A stretch of DNA of 64,000 bases from an uncultured Aliarcobacter sp. (GTDB lineage Bacteria > Campylobacterota > Campylobacteria > Campylobacterales > Arcobacteraceae): assembly GCA_963677435.1 (NCBI GenBank), contig OY781945.1, forward strand, positions 640,001 through 704,000. The letters are read 5' to 3'. Made by a program: the position numbers and the translations under genes. Under the pieces are notes generated by a model. It had not been told where the DNA came from. It worked only from the letters and a program-made list of their open reading frames with translations, and searched no databases. Of the stretch, positions 1 through 12,044 are shown one piece after another. Each line of letters begins with the position of its first letter. Position 1 is the first letter of the stretch.

Positions 1-328
1 ATCTAGGTAATATATAATTTCCTATTATAAAAGATGCTCCAAATACAAAGGTTACATTTTTATTCATAATTTTTAATAATTCTTTTTCACCATTTGCAAC
101 ACATTTTTCAATTTTTAAAGCTATAGCGTGAAGCATTTGTCCTTCTTTGGTAAGTCTGATACCATTTTTCTTTCGGTCAACTACTTGAACATCTAAATAA
201 TCTTCAATAAATTTCATTTGTTGTGTAACAGCAGGTTGCGAAATGCCAAGTTTTGCTGAAGCTTTTGAAAAAGATTTTTCTCTTACAACAGTAAGAAAAG
301 TTTCTAATTTTGCAAAATCAGTAAGCAT
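1..328 (-). CDS. LysR-family transcriptional regulator, N-terminal part (runs off window start)
   Basis: Not in ORF track. Manual translation from ATG at 328: MLTDFAKLETFLTVVREKSFSKASAKLGISQPAVTQQMKFIEDYLDVQVVDRKKNGIRLTKEG, a classic LysR HTH. GGAGG RBS upstream. Confidence 0.93.
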   Translation of the reverse strand, partial: MLTDFAKLETFLTVVREKSFSKASAKLGISQPAVTQQMKFIEDYLDVQVVDRKKNGIRLTKEGQMLHAIALKIEKCVANGEKELLKIMNKNVTFVFGASFIIGNYILPR

Positions 329-444
329 TATAACCTCCATAAAATAAATTATGATTATGATAACATTTATTTATATATAGAATAATTAAGAGCAATAATG
401 AATTTATTTAATATATGATATAATAATCTAATATTGGAGAAAAA

Positions 445-2499
445 ATGTCTGAAAATTTATTATTATCATTAAATGAATCGCAGAAAACCGCTGCACAACA
501 CATCGATGGCCCAATGCTAATACTTGCTGGTGCTGGTTCAGGTAAAACAAAAACTATTACAACAAGACTTGCATTTTTAATATCAATTGGTATTGATCCC
601 AGGTCAATCCTAACCCTTACTTTCACAAATAAAGCAGCAAGTGAAATGAGAGAAAGAGCCTTCAGTATGCTTGATTCTTCGATGATAAATACTCCACCTT
701 TATTATGTACTTTCCACAAATTTGGATTATTATTCCTGAAATTTCATATGAGTGAATTAGATAGAAAAAATAATTTTATAATAATAGATACGGATGACAA
801 AAAAAGAATAATAAAATCTATTGATAAAGATATTACAACATCTTTATTAGCAGCAGAGATTTCAAAATATAAAAATTCACTATTGACTCCAAGTGAAGCA
901 AAAAGTGCAGCTCAATTAAAACTTTATCAACAAATTGCAGAAGTTTACGAAAAGTATGAAGCATATTTAGAAAAAAATAACCTTGTAGATTTCGACGATT
1001 TATTATTACTTCCATATAGAATATTAAGTAAAAATGAAAAACTTGCAAATGAAATAAGTCAAAAATATCAATACATAATGGTAGATGAGTATCAAGATAC
1101 AAATGAGTTACAATATAGACTTTTAAGACTTTTATGTTCAAGTCATAACAATCTTTGTGTTGTTGGGGATGATGACCAATCTATTTATGGTTGGCGTGGA
1201 GCAACAATCAAAAATATTCTTAATTTTTCAGAACATTTTGAAGATACAAATGTTGTTAAACTTGAAGAAAATTATAGATCAACAGATACTATTTTAAATC
1301 ATGCAAATCAACTAATTGAACACAATAGAGATAGACTTGGTAAAAAATTAATAGGAACAAGACAAAAAGGCGATTCAATTAGAATTTATGAATCACAAGA
1401 TGAAAACGAAGAAACAAGAAAAATAATAGAAGATATTAAACAATTAATAGATGAAGGAACTAGTCCTAAAAATATTGCAATATTATTTAGAGTAAATGCT
1501 CTATCAAGGTCTTTAGAAGAAGGGTTTAATAAAGCTGGACTAAATTACAAATTAGTTGGTGGAATGAAATTCTACGAAAGAACTGAAATTAAAGATTTAA
1601 TTGCATATTTTAGAATTTTAACAAATGCAAATGATAACTTTTCAATCAAAAGAATAATAAACAAACCAAAAAGAGGGATAGGGAAAACTACAATTGATAA
1701 ACTTGAAGCAAAATCAATCGAAAGCGGTAAATCAATTTTTGATTTAATACAACAATTAGATGTAGATGAGATAAGCTCAATTGTAGGTAAAAAAAATGCA
1801 AGAACACTAAAAGTATTTGAAGCTTCTATTTTAGATTTAAAAGAGTTATTAGAAGAGTCAAAAATGAAATTTTTTGATACTTTTGAAGAAACATTTGATT
1901 ATAGAGCCTCATATGATAATCTTCCAGATGGATTTGAAAGACAAGCTAATATTGATGAATTTTATGGATATATTAGGGATTATTTTATTCAAAATCCACA
2001 CTTAGATTTAAAAGATTTTTTAAATGAAATTGCACTTGAAAGTGAAAAAGATGAATATAATGGTGAAGCCGTTTCAATGATGAGTATTCATGCTTCTAAA
2101 GGTTTAGAATTTAAAAAACTTTTTATTATTGGTTTTGAAGAAGGATTTTTCCCAATTGTTGGTGATGGAAGTGATTTAGAAGAAGAAAGAAGATTAGGAT
2201 ATGTGGCAATTACACGAGCTATGGATAATCTTACTTTATCATTTGTGCATTCAAGATTTTATAAAGGAAAAAGAACTACATTAATAAAAAGTAGATTTTT
2301 AAGTGAAAGCGGACTTATAAAAGGATGCTTAACTATTGAAAAACAATCGGGATTTAGAAAAGGTGATTTAGTGCAACATAAGATTTTTGGAATGGGAAGA
2401 GTTATTAAAGCTACAAATGCAGGAAAAGATTATAAATTAACAATAAATTTTGGCGGAACACATAGAGATATTTTATCTTCTTTTGTTCAAAAAGCATAA
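445..2499 (+). CDS. uvrD: UvrD/PcrA/Rep ATP-dependent DNA helicase
   Basis: Motifs LAGAGSGKT, VDEYQDTN, VGDDDQSIYGWRGA, ENYRS, IHASKGLEF, EERRLGYVAITRA; C-terminal Tudor-like tail (GDLVQHKIFG). Confidence 0.95.
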   Translation: MSENLLLSLNESQKTAAQHIDGPMLILAGAGSGKTKTITTRLAFLISIGIDPRSILTLTFTNKAASEMRERAFSMLDSSMINTPPLLCTFHKFGLLFLKFHMSELDRKNNFIIIDTDDKKRIIKSIDKDITTSLLAAEISKYKNSLLTPSEAKSAAQLKLYQQIAEVYEKYEAYLEKNNLVDFDDLLLLPYRILSKNEKLANEISQKYQYIMVDEYQDTNELQYRLLRLLCSSHNNLCVVGDDDQSIYGWRGATIKNILNFSEHFEDTNVVKLEENYRSTDTILNHANQLIEHNRDRLGKKLIGTRQKGDSIRIYESQDENEETRKIIEDIKQLIDEGTSPKNIAILFRVNALSRSLEEGFNKAGLNYKLVGGMKFYERTEIKDLIAYFRILTNANDNFSIKRIINKPKRGIGKTTIDKLEAKSIESGKSIFDLIQQLDVDEISSIVGKKNARTLKVFEASILDLKELLEESKMKFFDTFEETFDYRASYDNLPDGFERQANIDEFYGYIRDYFIQNPHLDLKDFLNEIALESEKDEYNGEAVSMMSIHASKGLEFKKLFIIGFEEGFFPIVGDGSDLEEERRLGYVAITRAMDNLTLSFVHSRFYKGKRTTLIKSRFLSESGLIKGCLTIEKQSGFRKGDLVQHKIFGMGRVIKATNAGKDYKLTINFGGTHRDILSSFVQKA

Positions 2500-2510
2500 A
2501 CGGAAAAACT

Positions 2511-3362
2511 TTGCAAAAGAGATTTTATAATAAAGAATCAATTAATAAGTTGATAGTTGTGAATAAGCCTTTGTTTATGAGTTCAAATTTTTACTTAACA
2601 AAAATAAAAAAGAAATACAAAAACAAAAAAGCTGGTTTTAGTGGAACTTTAGATCCTTTTGCAAAAGGATGCTTAATTGTTGCATTTGGTCAATATTCTA
2701 AACTTTTTAAATATTTGAAAAAAACTCCAAAAACATATAAAGCAGTTGTTTGGTTAGGTGCTCAATCTGAATCTTTTGATATTGAGAAAGTTATAAGTGT
2801 TGATTTAGTAGATAAAATTAATATTGAAAACATCAAATCAGAATTAAAATCATTAATTGGTGATTTAGAATATATTCCACCTAAATTCTCTGCTAAAAAA
2901 ATTGATGGGAAAAGAGCTTATGATTTAGCAAGGCAAGGTGTTGAAATTGAATTAAATAAATGTAATATGCATATTTATGATACGAAATTTATTTCTTACA
3001 GACATCCATTTATTACAATTGAAACAACAGTGAGTGAAGGCTCTTACATTAGATCTTTTGCACAAATATTATTAGAAAAATTAAATACAGTAGGTACTTT
3101 ATCTTATTTAGAAAGAATAAATGAAGGTGCATTTTTTTATGATAATGAAAAAGATTTAGATCCTCTTGATTATATTGATTTACCAATAAATAAATATTTT
3201 GGTACAAGTGAATGGTTAGATACTGGAAAAAAAATTTCTATAGATTACTTAGAAATAAAAGAAAATGGAAAATATCTAATAATTACAGATAAATTCTTTA
3301 GTATTGTAGAAATAGAAGAGGGTGATGTAAAATACTTATTAAATAAGGTTCTAAAAGTATGA
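2511..3362 (+). CDS. truB: tRNA pseudouridine(55) synthase
   Basis: KAGFSGTLDPFAKG, PPKFSAKKIDGKRAY, SEGSYIRS; TTG start. Confidence 0.95.
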   Translation: MQKRFYNKESINKLIVVNKPLFMSSNFYLTKIKKKYKNKKAGFSGTLDPFAKGCLIVAFGQYSKLFKYLKKTPKTYKAVVWLGAQSESFDIEKVISVDLVDKINIENIKSELKSLIGDLEYIPPKFSAKKIDGKRAYDLARQGVEIELNKCNMHIYDTKFISYRHPFITIETTVSEGSYIRSFAQILLEKLNTVGTLSYLERINEGAFFYDNEKDLDPLDYIDLPINKYFGTSEWLDTGKKISIDYLEIKENGKYLIITDKFFSIVEIEEGDVKYLLNKVLKV

Positions 3363-4132
3363 ATGAAATGATTGAAAAATCTTACGCAAAAGTCAATATT
3401 TTTTTAAAAATCTCAGAAAAAAGAGATGAGTATCATGAACTTGTATCTAGGTTTGTTAGAGTACATAGTTTGTATGATACTATCTCGTTTATTAAATCTA
3501 GCAGGAAAGCATTTAGTATTATAGGAAATTTTGGTTGCAAAATGGAGACAAATACTGTATACAAAGCATACAAATTAATAGAAAATTTTGAAGGTGTTGA
3601 AGAGTTTTTCAAAAATTATAGTGTTAAAATTGATAAAAATATTCCAGAGTTTGCAGGTCTTGGTGGTGGAAGTTCAAATGCAGCTACATTTTTACTTATG
3701 GCAAATAAATATTGTAATCTAAATTTATCAAAAGATGAATTATGTAAAATAGCAGTTCAAATTGGTGCAGATGTTCCTTTTTTTGTTTATGAATATGATA
3801 GTGCAAATGTAAGTGGTATTGGAGAAATTGTTAAAAAATTTGAAGAAGAGATATTAGATATACAAACAATTACTCCAAAAATCAAATGTAATACAGGTGA
3901 AATTTTTAAAGTTTTCAGAGAAAAATTTTATAAACAAATTTCAAAAGAAGAATCAGATAAATTATTTAAGATGAAATCAACAGAAATTTTAAGTAATTTT
4001 GATATAAAAGAAGCTAATGACTTATATGAACCAGCAGTAAGTGTATATTCTCAATTAGAAGATTATACAAAAGAAAATTGGTTCTTTAGTGGAAGTGGAA
4101 GTTCATTTTTTAAGGTAAACCATGTCAAATAA
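3359..4132 (+). CDS. ispE: 4-diphosphocytidyl-2-C-methyl-D-erythritol kinase
   Basis: [41 protein letters not shown] overlap with truB. Confidence 0.95.
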   Translation: MNEMIEKSYAKVNIFLKISEKRDEYHELVSRFVRVHSLYDTISFIKSSRKAFSIIGNFGCKMETNTVYKAYKLIENFEGVEEFFKNYSVKIDKNIPEFAGLGGGSSNAATFLLMANKYCNLNLSKDELCKIAVQIGADVPFFVYEYDSANVSGIGEIVKKFEEEILDIQTITPKIKCNTGEIFKVFREKFYKQISKEESDKLFKMKSTEILSNFDIKEANDLYEPAVSVYSQLEDYTKENWFFSGSGSSFFKVNHVK

Positions 4133-4598
4133 AAAAGATACAAAAAAGAATTTAGTTTTCAAAAATAGAAAAGCTTTTCATGATTTTACAATTATGGATA
4201 CATTAGAAGCAGGAATTATGCTTGAGGGTAGTGAAGTAAAAGCGATTCGTGAGGGAAGAATTAATTTAAAAGATTCATTTGTACGAATAATAAAGGGTGA
4301 AGTTTTCATTTTAAATATGCATATTTCACATTTAAGTACAACTCATACAACTTATAGACCTGATGAAAGAAAAGACAGAAAATTACTTTTACACTCTAAA
4401 CAAATAGCAAAACTATTTTCTAAAGTTACAAAAGATGGGATAACTTTAATTGCTACAAAATTATATTTTAATGAAAAAAACATGATAAAGGTTGAAGTAG
4501 CAACCGCTCAGGGTAAAAAGCTACATGACAAAAGAGAAGATATGAAAGCTAAAACAATGCAAAGAGAGACTCAGCAGATATTAAAAGGCATAAAATAA
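4122..4598 (+). CDS. smpB: SsrA-binding protein
   Basis: [38 protein letters not shown]. Confidence 0.97.
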   Translation: MSNKKDTKKNLVFKNRKAFHDFTIMDTLEAGIMLEGSEVKAIREGRINLKDSFVRIIKGEVFILNMHISHLSTTHTTYRPDERKDRKLLLHSKQIAKLFSKVTKDGITLIATKLYFNEKNMIKVEVATAQGKKLHDKREDMKAKTMQRETQQILKGIK

Positions 4599-4654
4599 GA
4601 TAAAAAGTCTCTTGTTTTATAAGTTCAAATTATAATAAAAATAGTATTTTATTT

Positions 4655-4706
4655 GTTAATTATTCGTTAATTCTTTTGTTAATTTTAAGTTTCTCTTGGC
4701 TATGAT
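4655..4706 (+). promoter_or_regulatory. Putative cco promoter: three GTTAATT direct repeats upstream of a gcTATGAT -10
   Basis: GTTAATT at 4655, 4666 and 4678; TATGAT at 4701-4706; AGGAGG RBS at 4751. Confidence 0.45.
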
Positions 4707-4762
4707 TACCGCAATGAGTGACATTTTTGTGACTTGTATATAAAATTAGTAGGAGGAGATTG

Positions 4763-6229
4763 ATGCAAAACGGTGCACAAATTGAGTACGATTACTCAGT
4801 TGCAAAAGCCTTTACATTTGCAACAATTTTGTTTGGTATCATAGGTATGACAGTTGGTGTTATACTTGCGTTTCAATTGGCGTTTCCACAGTTAAGTAAT
4901 TTAGCTGGGGAGTATGGTACTTTCAGTAGATTAAGACCTTTACACACTAATGGTGTTGCTTTTGGTTTTGCTCTAAGTGGTATTTTTGCTGGATGGTATT
5001 ATATCTCACAAAGGGTATTAAAAGTTTCATTAAAAGAGTCACCTTTTTTAATGGCAATTGCTAAATTACACTTTGCGTTATATTTCATTACAATTCTTTT
5101 AGCTGTTGTTACACTTTTTATGGGTATTACAACTTCAAAAGAGTACGCTGAGTTAGAATGGCCTTTAGATATCTTAGTTGTTGTTTGGTGGGTTTTATGG
5201 GGTATTTCAATTTTTGGATTAATTGGAATTAGAAGAGAAAGAACTCTTTATATTTCTTTATGGTATTTTATTGCTACATTTATCGCAGTTGCAATGTTAT
5301 ATTTATTTAATAATATGGAAGTTCCAACTGCACTAGTATCTGGTTATGGTTCATGGATTCACTCTGTTTCAATGTATTCAGGTACAAATGATGCTTTAGT
5401 TCAATGGTGGTATGGACACAATGCTGTTGCATTCGTTTTCACAACTCCTATTATTGCTCTAATTTATTATTTCTTACCAAAAGAATCAGGACAAAATGTT
5501 TATTCTTATAAACTTTCTATTTTAGCATTCTGGGGATTATTATTTGTTTATTTATGGGCTGGTGGACACCACCTTATTTATTCAACTGTTCCAGACTGGA
5601 TGCAAACAATGGGTTCAGTAATGTCAGTTGTTTTAATTTTACCATCATGGGGATCAGCTATTAATATGCTTTTAACAATGAAGGGTGAGTGGCAACAATT
5701 ACAAACAAATACACTAATTAAATTTATGGTATTAGCTTCAACTTTCTATATGTTATCAACAATTGAAGGACCAATTCAAGCTATTAAATCTGTAAATGCT
5801 ATTGCACACTTTACTGACTGGATTCCAGGACACGTACATGATGGTGTTTTAGGATGGGTTGTATTTATGATTATGGCAGCACTATTCCATATGGTTCCAA
5901 GAATGTATAAAAGAGAGATTTACTCAAAATCATTAATGGATACACAATTCTGGTTACAAACTACAGGTATCGTTTTATACTTTACTTCAATGTGGATTGC
6001 AGGAATTACACAAGGTATGATGTGGAGAGCTTACGATGAATATGGATCATTAGTTTACTCATTTATTGATACAGTTACTGTATTACATCCATATTATACA
6101 ATTAGAGCAGTTGGTGGGTTGTTATACCTAATTGGATTCTTTATGTTTGCATTTAATATTTATAAAACTATTAGATGTGGAAGAGTACTTGATAAAGAAC
6201 CAGTAAATGCTACACCAGTAGCTGCGTAA
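4763..6229 (+). CDS. ccoN: cbb3-type cytochrome c oxidase subunit I
   Basis: RLRPLHTN, WWYGHNAV, WAGGHH, GHVH haem/CuB ligands; ATG at 4763 preferred over TTG 4760 for RBS spacing. Confidence 0.98.
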   Translation: MQNGAQIEYDYSVAKAFTFATILFGIIGMTVGVILAFQLAFPQLSNLAGEYGTFSRLRPLHTNGVAFGFALSGIFAGWYYISQRVLKVSLKESPFLMAIAKLHFALYFITILLAVVTLFMGITTSKEYAELEWPLDILVVVWWVLWGISIFGLIGIRRERTLYISLWYFIATFIAVAMLYLFNNMEVPTALVSGYGSWIHSVSMYSGTNDALVQWWYGHNAVAFVFTTPIIALIYYFLPKESGQNVYSYKLSILAFWGLLFVYLWAGGHHLIYSTVPDWMQTMGSVMSVVLILPSWGSAINMLLTMKGEWQQLQTNTLIKFMVLASTFYMLSTIEGPIQAIKSVNAIAHFTDWIPGHVHDGVLGWVVFMIMAALFHMVPRMYKREIYSKSLMDTQFWLQTTGIVLYFTSMWIAGITQGMMWRAYDEYGSLVYSFIDTVTVLHPYYTIRAVGGLLYLIGFFMFAFNIYKTIRCGRVLDKEPVNATPVAA

Positions 6230-6243
6230 GAAAAGGAGAAATT

Positions 6244-6927
6244 ATGTTTCATTGGTTTGAACAAAGACCGTTTTTCTTTGCGGTACTAGTATTTTTATTC
6301 GTTGCATTTGCAGGTATCGTAGAAGTTATTCCAGATTTTGCAAAACAAAGTAGACCAACTGTTGGTACAAAACCATACAGTGTATTAGAATTAGCAGGAA
6401 GACAAGTATATATAAAAGATTCTTGTAATGCTTGTCACTCACAATTAATTAGACCTTTCAAAGCAGAAACAGATAGATATGGAATGTATTCTTTATCTGG
6501 TGAGTATGCATATGATAGACCATTTTTATGGGGATCAAAAAGAACTGGTCCAGATTTAATGAGAGTTGGAAATTATAGAACTACAGATTGGCATGAAAAC
6601 CATATGTATGAACCATCAGCTGTTGTTCCTGGAAGTATTATGCCATCGTATAAACACCAATTTACAAATAAAGCTGATTTAGATACAGCATATGCAGAAG
6701 CATATACAGTAAAAACAGTATTTGCAACACCATATGATCAAGATTTAAATGGTGATGGAAAAATTGATGTTGAATTAGGTGATTACGCTACAGCAATTGC
6801 AAAAGCGAAAGAAGACGCAAAAGCGATTGCAGATGGAATGAAAAATGAAGCTATAAAAGATGCTGTTGCAAACGGTCAAATTCCTGAAATAGTTGCATTA
6901 ATTGCATATTTAAATTCTTTAAAATAG
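6244..6927 (+). CDS. ccoO: cbb3 oxidase subunit II (monohaem)
   Basis: CNACHSQLIRP, WGSKRTGPDL, SIMPSY. Confidence 0.97.
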   Translation: MFHWFEQRPFFFAVLVFLFVAFAGIVEVIPDFAKQSRPTVGTKPYSVLELAGRQVYIKDSCNACHSQLIRPFKAETDRYGMYSLSGEYAYDRPFLWGSKRTGPDLMRVGNYRTTDWHENHMYEPSAVVPGSIMPSYKHQFTNKADLDTAYAEAYTVKTVFATPYDQDLNGDGKIDVELGDYATAIAKAKEDAKAIADGMKNEAIKDAVANGQIPEIVALIAYLNSLK

Positions 6928-6935
6928 AGGTTGTT

Positions 6936-7160
6936 ATGGACTACGATTCACTTTTAACATTACAAGGTTATTCTAGATTCTTTATGATTCTAGTAATATT
7001 TATCATATTTTATTCTTACGCTTATTCTATTTATAAGAGGGATAAGACAGGAGAGCGAGATTATGAGAAATATTCAAAACTTGTGCATGATGATTCAAGT
7101 GTTTCAGTTCCTCTTGAAGAAAGAAAAAAAGATAAAGATATAGATAATAAGGAGAAATAA
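6936..7160 (+). CDS. ccoQ: cbb3 oxidase small subunit
   Basis: Single TM protein between ccoO and ccoP; RDYEKYSKL motif. Confidence 0.9.
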   Translation: MDYDSLLTLQGYSRFFMILVIFIIFYSYAYSIYKRDKTGERDYEKYSKLVHDDSSVSVPLEERKKDKDIDNKEK

Positions 7161-7161
7161 G

Positions 7162-8052
7162 ATGAAGTCTATGGTTATAGGTGGAATAATTCTTATCATC
7201 GCTTTATTAGCAGGAACTTACTTTGCAGCAGGTGATGCTTTTAATGGTGATGATTATATTAACAGCTTAGCAATGCTGGGTGCGGTTGCTATTATTACAA
7301 TTTCAGTATTTGTTGTATTAAAATATGTTAATCAAATGAAAAATGATACTGCAAGTGGTGAATTAGCTGAAGAGAAATGGGATGGAATTGGTGAATATAG
7401 AAATGCTGTTCCAACTGGTTGGGCTTTAGCATTTATAGGAACAATTATTTGGATGTTCTGGTATTTTACTGTGGGTTATCCAATAAATGGGTTTTCACAA
7501 GTTGGTCAATGGAATGAAGAGACATTAGAATATAATGCGAAATTTGAGAAAAAATGGGAGAATCCATCGCAGGAGACTCTAAAAGCAATGGGTCAATCAA
7601 CTTTCCTAGTTCAATGTGCACCTTGTCATGGTGTAGATGCTGAAGGGATTGATGGGAAAGCTCATAACTTAACAAAAAGAATTTCTAAAGAGCAAGTTGT
7701 TTATACAATTAAAAATGGTGCGAATAACTTAAAAACAGTATATCCAGGTGGAATGCCTCCAATGATGTTAACAGAAGATGCAGATATAAATGCAGTTGCT
7801 GATTATGTTGCTGGTGGATTTAAAGGTGAACAACCTGCTTCATTTGCTACTTGTGCTGGATGTCATGGTGATGATGGAAAAGGTATGGAGTTTGTAGCTC
7901 CAAACATCAGAGCTTATGATGATGCTTTAGTAACTGCTGTTCTAAAAAATGGTAAAAAAGGTGCTATAGGATCAATGCCAAGTTTTGATGGTAGATTAAA
8001 TGAGACACAAGAGAAAGCATTAGCTACATACTTAAGAAGTATAGGAGAGTAA
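7162..8052 (+). CDS. ccoP: cbb3 oxidase subunit III (dihaem)
   Basis: WDGIGEY..PTGW N-terminal motif, CAPCH and CAGCH. Confidence 0.96.
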   Translation: MKSMVIGGIILIIALLAGTYFAAGDAFNGDDYINSLAMLGAVAIITISVFVVLKYVNQMKNDTASGELAEEKWDGIGEYRNAVPTGWALAFIGTIIWMFWYFTVGYPINGFSQVGQWNEETLEYNAKFEKKWENPSQETLKAMGQSTFLVQCAPCHGVDAEGIDGKAHNLTKRISKEQVVYTIKNGANNLKTVYPGGMPPMMLTEDADINAVADYVAGGFKGEQPASFATCAGCHGDDGKGMEFVAPNIRAYDDALVTAVLKNGKKGAIGSMPSFDGRLNETQEKALATYLRSIGE

Positions 8053-8053
8053 G

Positions 8054-8296
8054 ATGGCTGGAAATACACAAATGAATGAGAACGAAAGAGGGACTTTTAA
8101 ACTACATGGAATTACAGGTATGTTAGTAGCAGTTGTATTATTGCTAACAATATTAGGTGTATTAACATTTAATGGGATAAAAGTACAACAAAATGAGGCT
8201 AGTAATTTTTATAAAATTAATCAAGATTTAAATGCTATAAAAATGAATAGTTCAGATAATTATAAACAGTACCAACTTGTTGGTTCTGGTAAATAA
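8054..8296 (+). CDS. DUF4006-like small membrane protein of Campylobacterota cco operons
   Basis: NERGTFKLHGITGMLVAVVLLL followed by one TM; directly after ccoP. Confidence 0.8.
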   Translation: MAGNTQMNENERGTFKLHGITGMLVAVVLLLTILGVLTFNGIKVQQNEASNFYKINQDLNAIKMNSSDNYKQYQLVGSGK

Positions 8297-8306
8297 GGGG
8301 TAAGAT

Positions 8307-8399
8307 ATGGAAAAAATTATTGGTATTTTACTTGTTGTATCAGCCGTAATGACTGTGTATTATGGATTCTTTGATGCAACAAAAGTGTTTGTTGGTTAA
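8307..8399 (+). CDS. 30-aa single-TM microprotein in cco operon (not in ORF track)
   Basis: MEKIIGILLVVSAVMTVYYGFFDATKVFVG*; AAGGGG RBS just upstream; TAA overlaps next ATG (TAATG). Confidence 0.8.
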   Translation: MEKIIGILLVVSAVMTVYYGFFDATKVFVG

Positions 8400-9028
8400 T
8401 GAAAAGAATTAATTTTATAAAAGTAGGAGTGATTTTCTCACTTCTACTTTTTTTCTGCCAAACCTTAAGTGCTCATACTTTTATCTTGAATGATGACAAA
8501 TTAATAGATGATAGAGCAATAGAAAAAATAAATCAAATTGGTGATGAAACTAAATCTAAATTAGGTGTTAATATATACATATATGCAAAATCTACTTTAG
8601 GATTAGATGAACATATTAGTACTAAAGATAAAATTGATTTTATCAAAAATAATGAAGCTAAAATAGTTGCTACCCTTGAAAAACCTTATGTACTTTTGAG
8701 TATTTCTGTTGAAGAGACGCATGTTAATTTATTATTTAGTGATGAATTAAAAGGTATCATAAATAAAAATGATATTTTAGATGGTTATGTTGTGCCTTTA
8801 TTAGCTTCAAATGATAAAAACACACTTTTCGCAAAAGTTAGTGCTGCTTCTTTAAATGGCTATGCAGCAATCGCTGATACACTTGCAGATGCAAAAAATA
8901 TTAAATTAGAAAGTAGTATTGGAAATGCAGGTAAAGTATCAAGTACTATTTGGCGAGTATTTATGTACACTATAGTTGTTATTGGATTATTAGTTTATAC
9001 ATATGCAGTATTAAGAAAGAGAAAATAG
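8399..9028 (+). CDS. Exported, membrane-anchored TPM-domain-like protein (cco-linked)
   Basis: Signal peptide, alpha/beta periplasmic domain, C-terminal TM followed by RKRK. Confidence 0.65.
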   Translation: MKRINFIKVGVIFSLLLFFCQTLSAHTFILNDDKLIDDRAIEKINQIGDETKSKLGVNIYIYAKSTLGLDEHISTKDKIDFIKNNEAKIVATLEKPYVLLSISVEETHVNLLFSDELKGIINKNDILDGYVVPLLASNDKNTLFAKVSAASLNGYAAIADTLADAKNIKLESSIGNAGKVSSTIWRVFMYTIVVIGLLVYTYAVLRKRK

Positions 9029-9032
9029 AATA

Positions 9033-9579
9033 ATGAAAAGAAATTATTGGCCCTTATTTTTTATAGGTATTTTTAGTTTTGTGTTTTGTATGATTGTTTG
9101 GACAGTTAAAAGCGCAATTGCTGCACCTGTAATTGAAGATAAAAGTTTTATGAAGAAATATCAAGAAGTTGATGAAAATTATAATGATATGATGACTTCA
9201 AATGATGTATTTTTATCTAAATATGATTTTGAAATTGATATAAACGATAGAAAACTTGATTTAACAACTTCAGATATTAAATTTTCGCAAAGAGTTGTTG
9301 AAAAATACTCAGTACATAAAAATATTTTAAAATTAGGTCAAAATAGTTTAAAAGTAATTGTTACTGATAAAATTACAAAAGAGAAAAAAGAGGTAACTGT
9401 AGAGCTGGAAGTTTCAAAAACTATTTCTGCAAATTCTGATTTAATTTTACAAAATGAACAATTTCATAATGTAGATAATGTATATACATCTTTATTTGAG
9501 ATAAAAGATGAAACAAATTGGATTATAACTGGTAGTTTCAAAGTCGGTGAAGATACTGGTTATATTTATATAAAAACAA

Positions 9580-9590
<11 letters not shown>
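9033..9590 (+). CDS. ccoH: FixH/CcoH-family cbb3 assembly protein
   Basis: N-terminal YWP followed by TM, then a beta-rich domain; position in cco operon. Confidence 0.7.
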
Positions 9591-11944
<2,354 letters not shown>

Positions 11945-11949
<5 letters not shown>

Positions 11950-11971
11950 GAAAAATAATTTTTTTCTTATT
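11945..11971 (+). terminator. AT-rich hairpin at end of addB
   Basis: AATAAGAAAAA-taatt-TTTTTCTTATT. Confidence 0.45.
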
Positions 11972-11975
11972 ATAC

Positions 11976-12017
11976 TTAACATGTTAATAATATATTAATT
12001 AAATAGTGCTACTATTT
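11976..12017 (+). promoter_or_regulatory. marR promoter with putative operator palindromes
   Basis: TTAACATGTTAA (11976-11987); extended -10 TGcTACTAT (12007-12015) inside palindrome AAATAGT-gct-ACTATTT (12001-12017). Confidence 0.6.
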
Positions 12018-12044
12018 CATTGAAAATACAAAAAAGGTTTTTAA

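Noticed and set aside
4599..4760. tmRNA next to smpB
   Set aside because: Spacer is too short and AT-rich, with no tRNA-like ends
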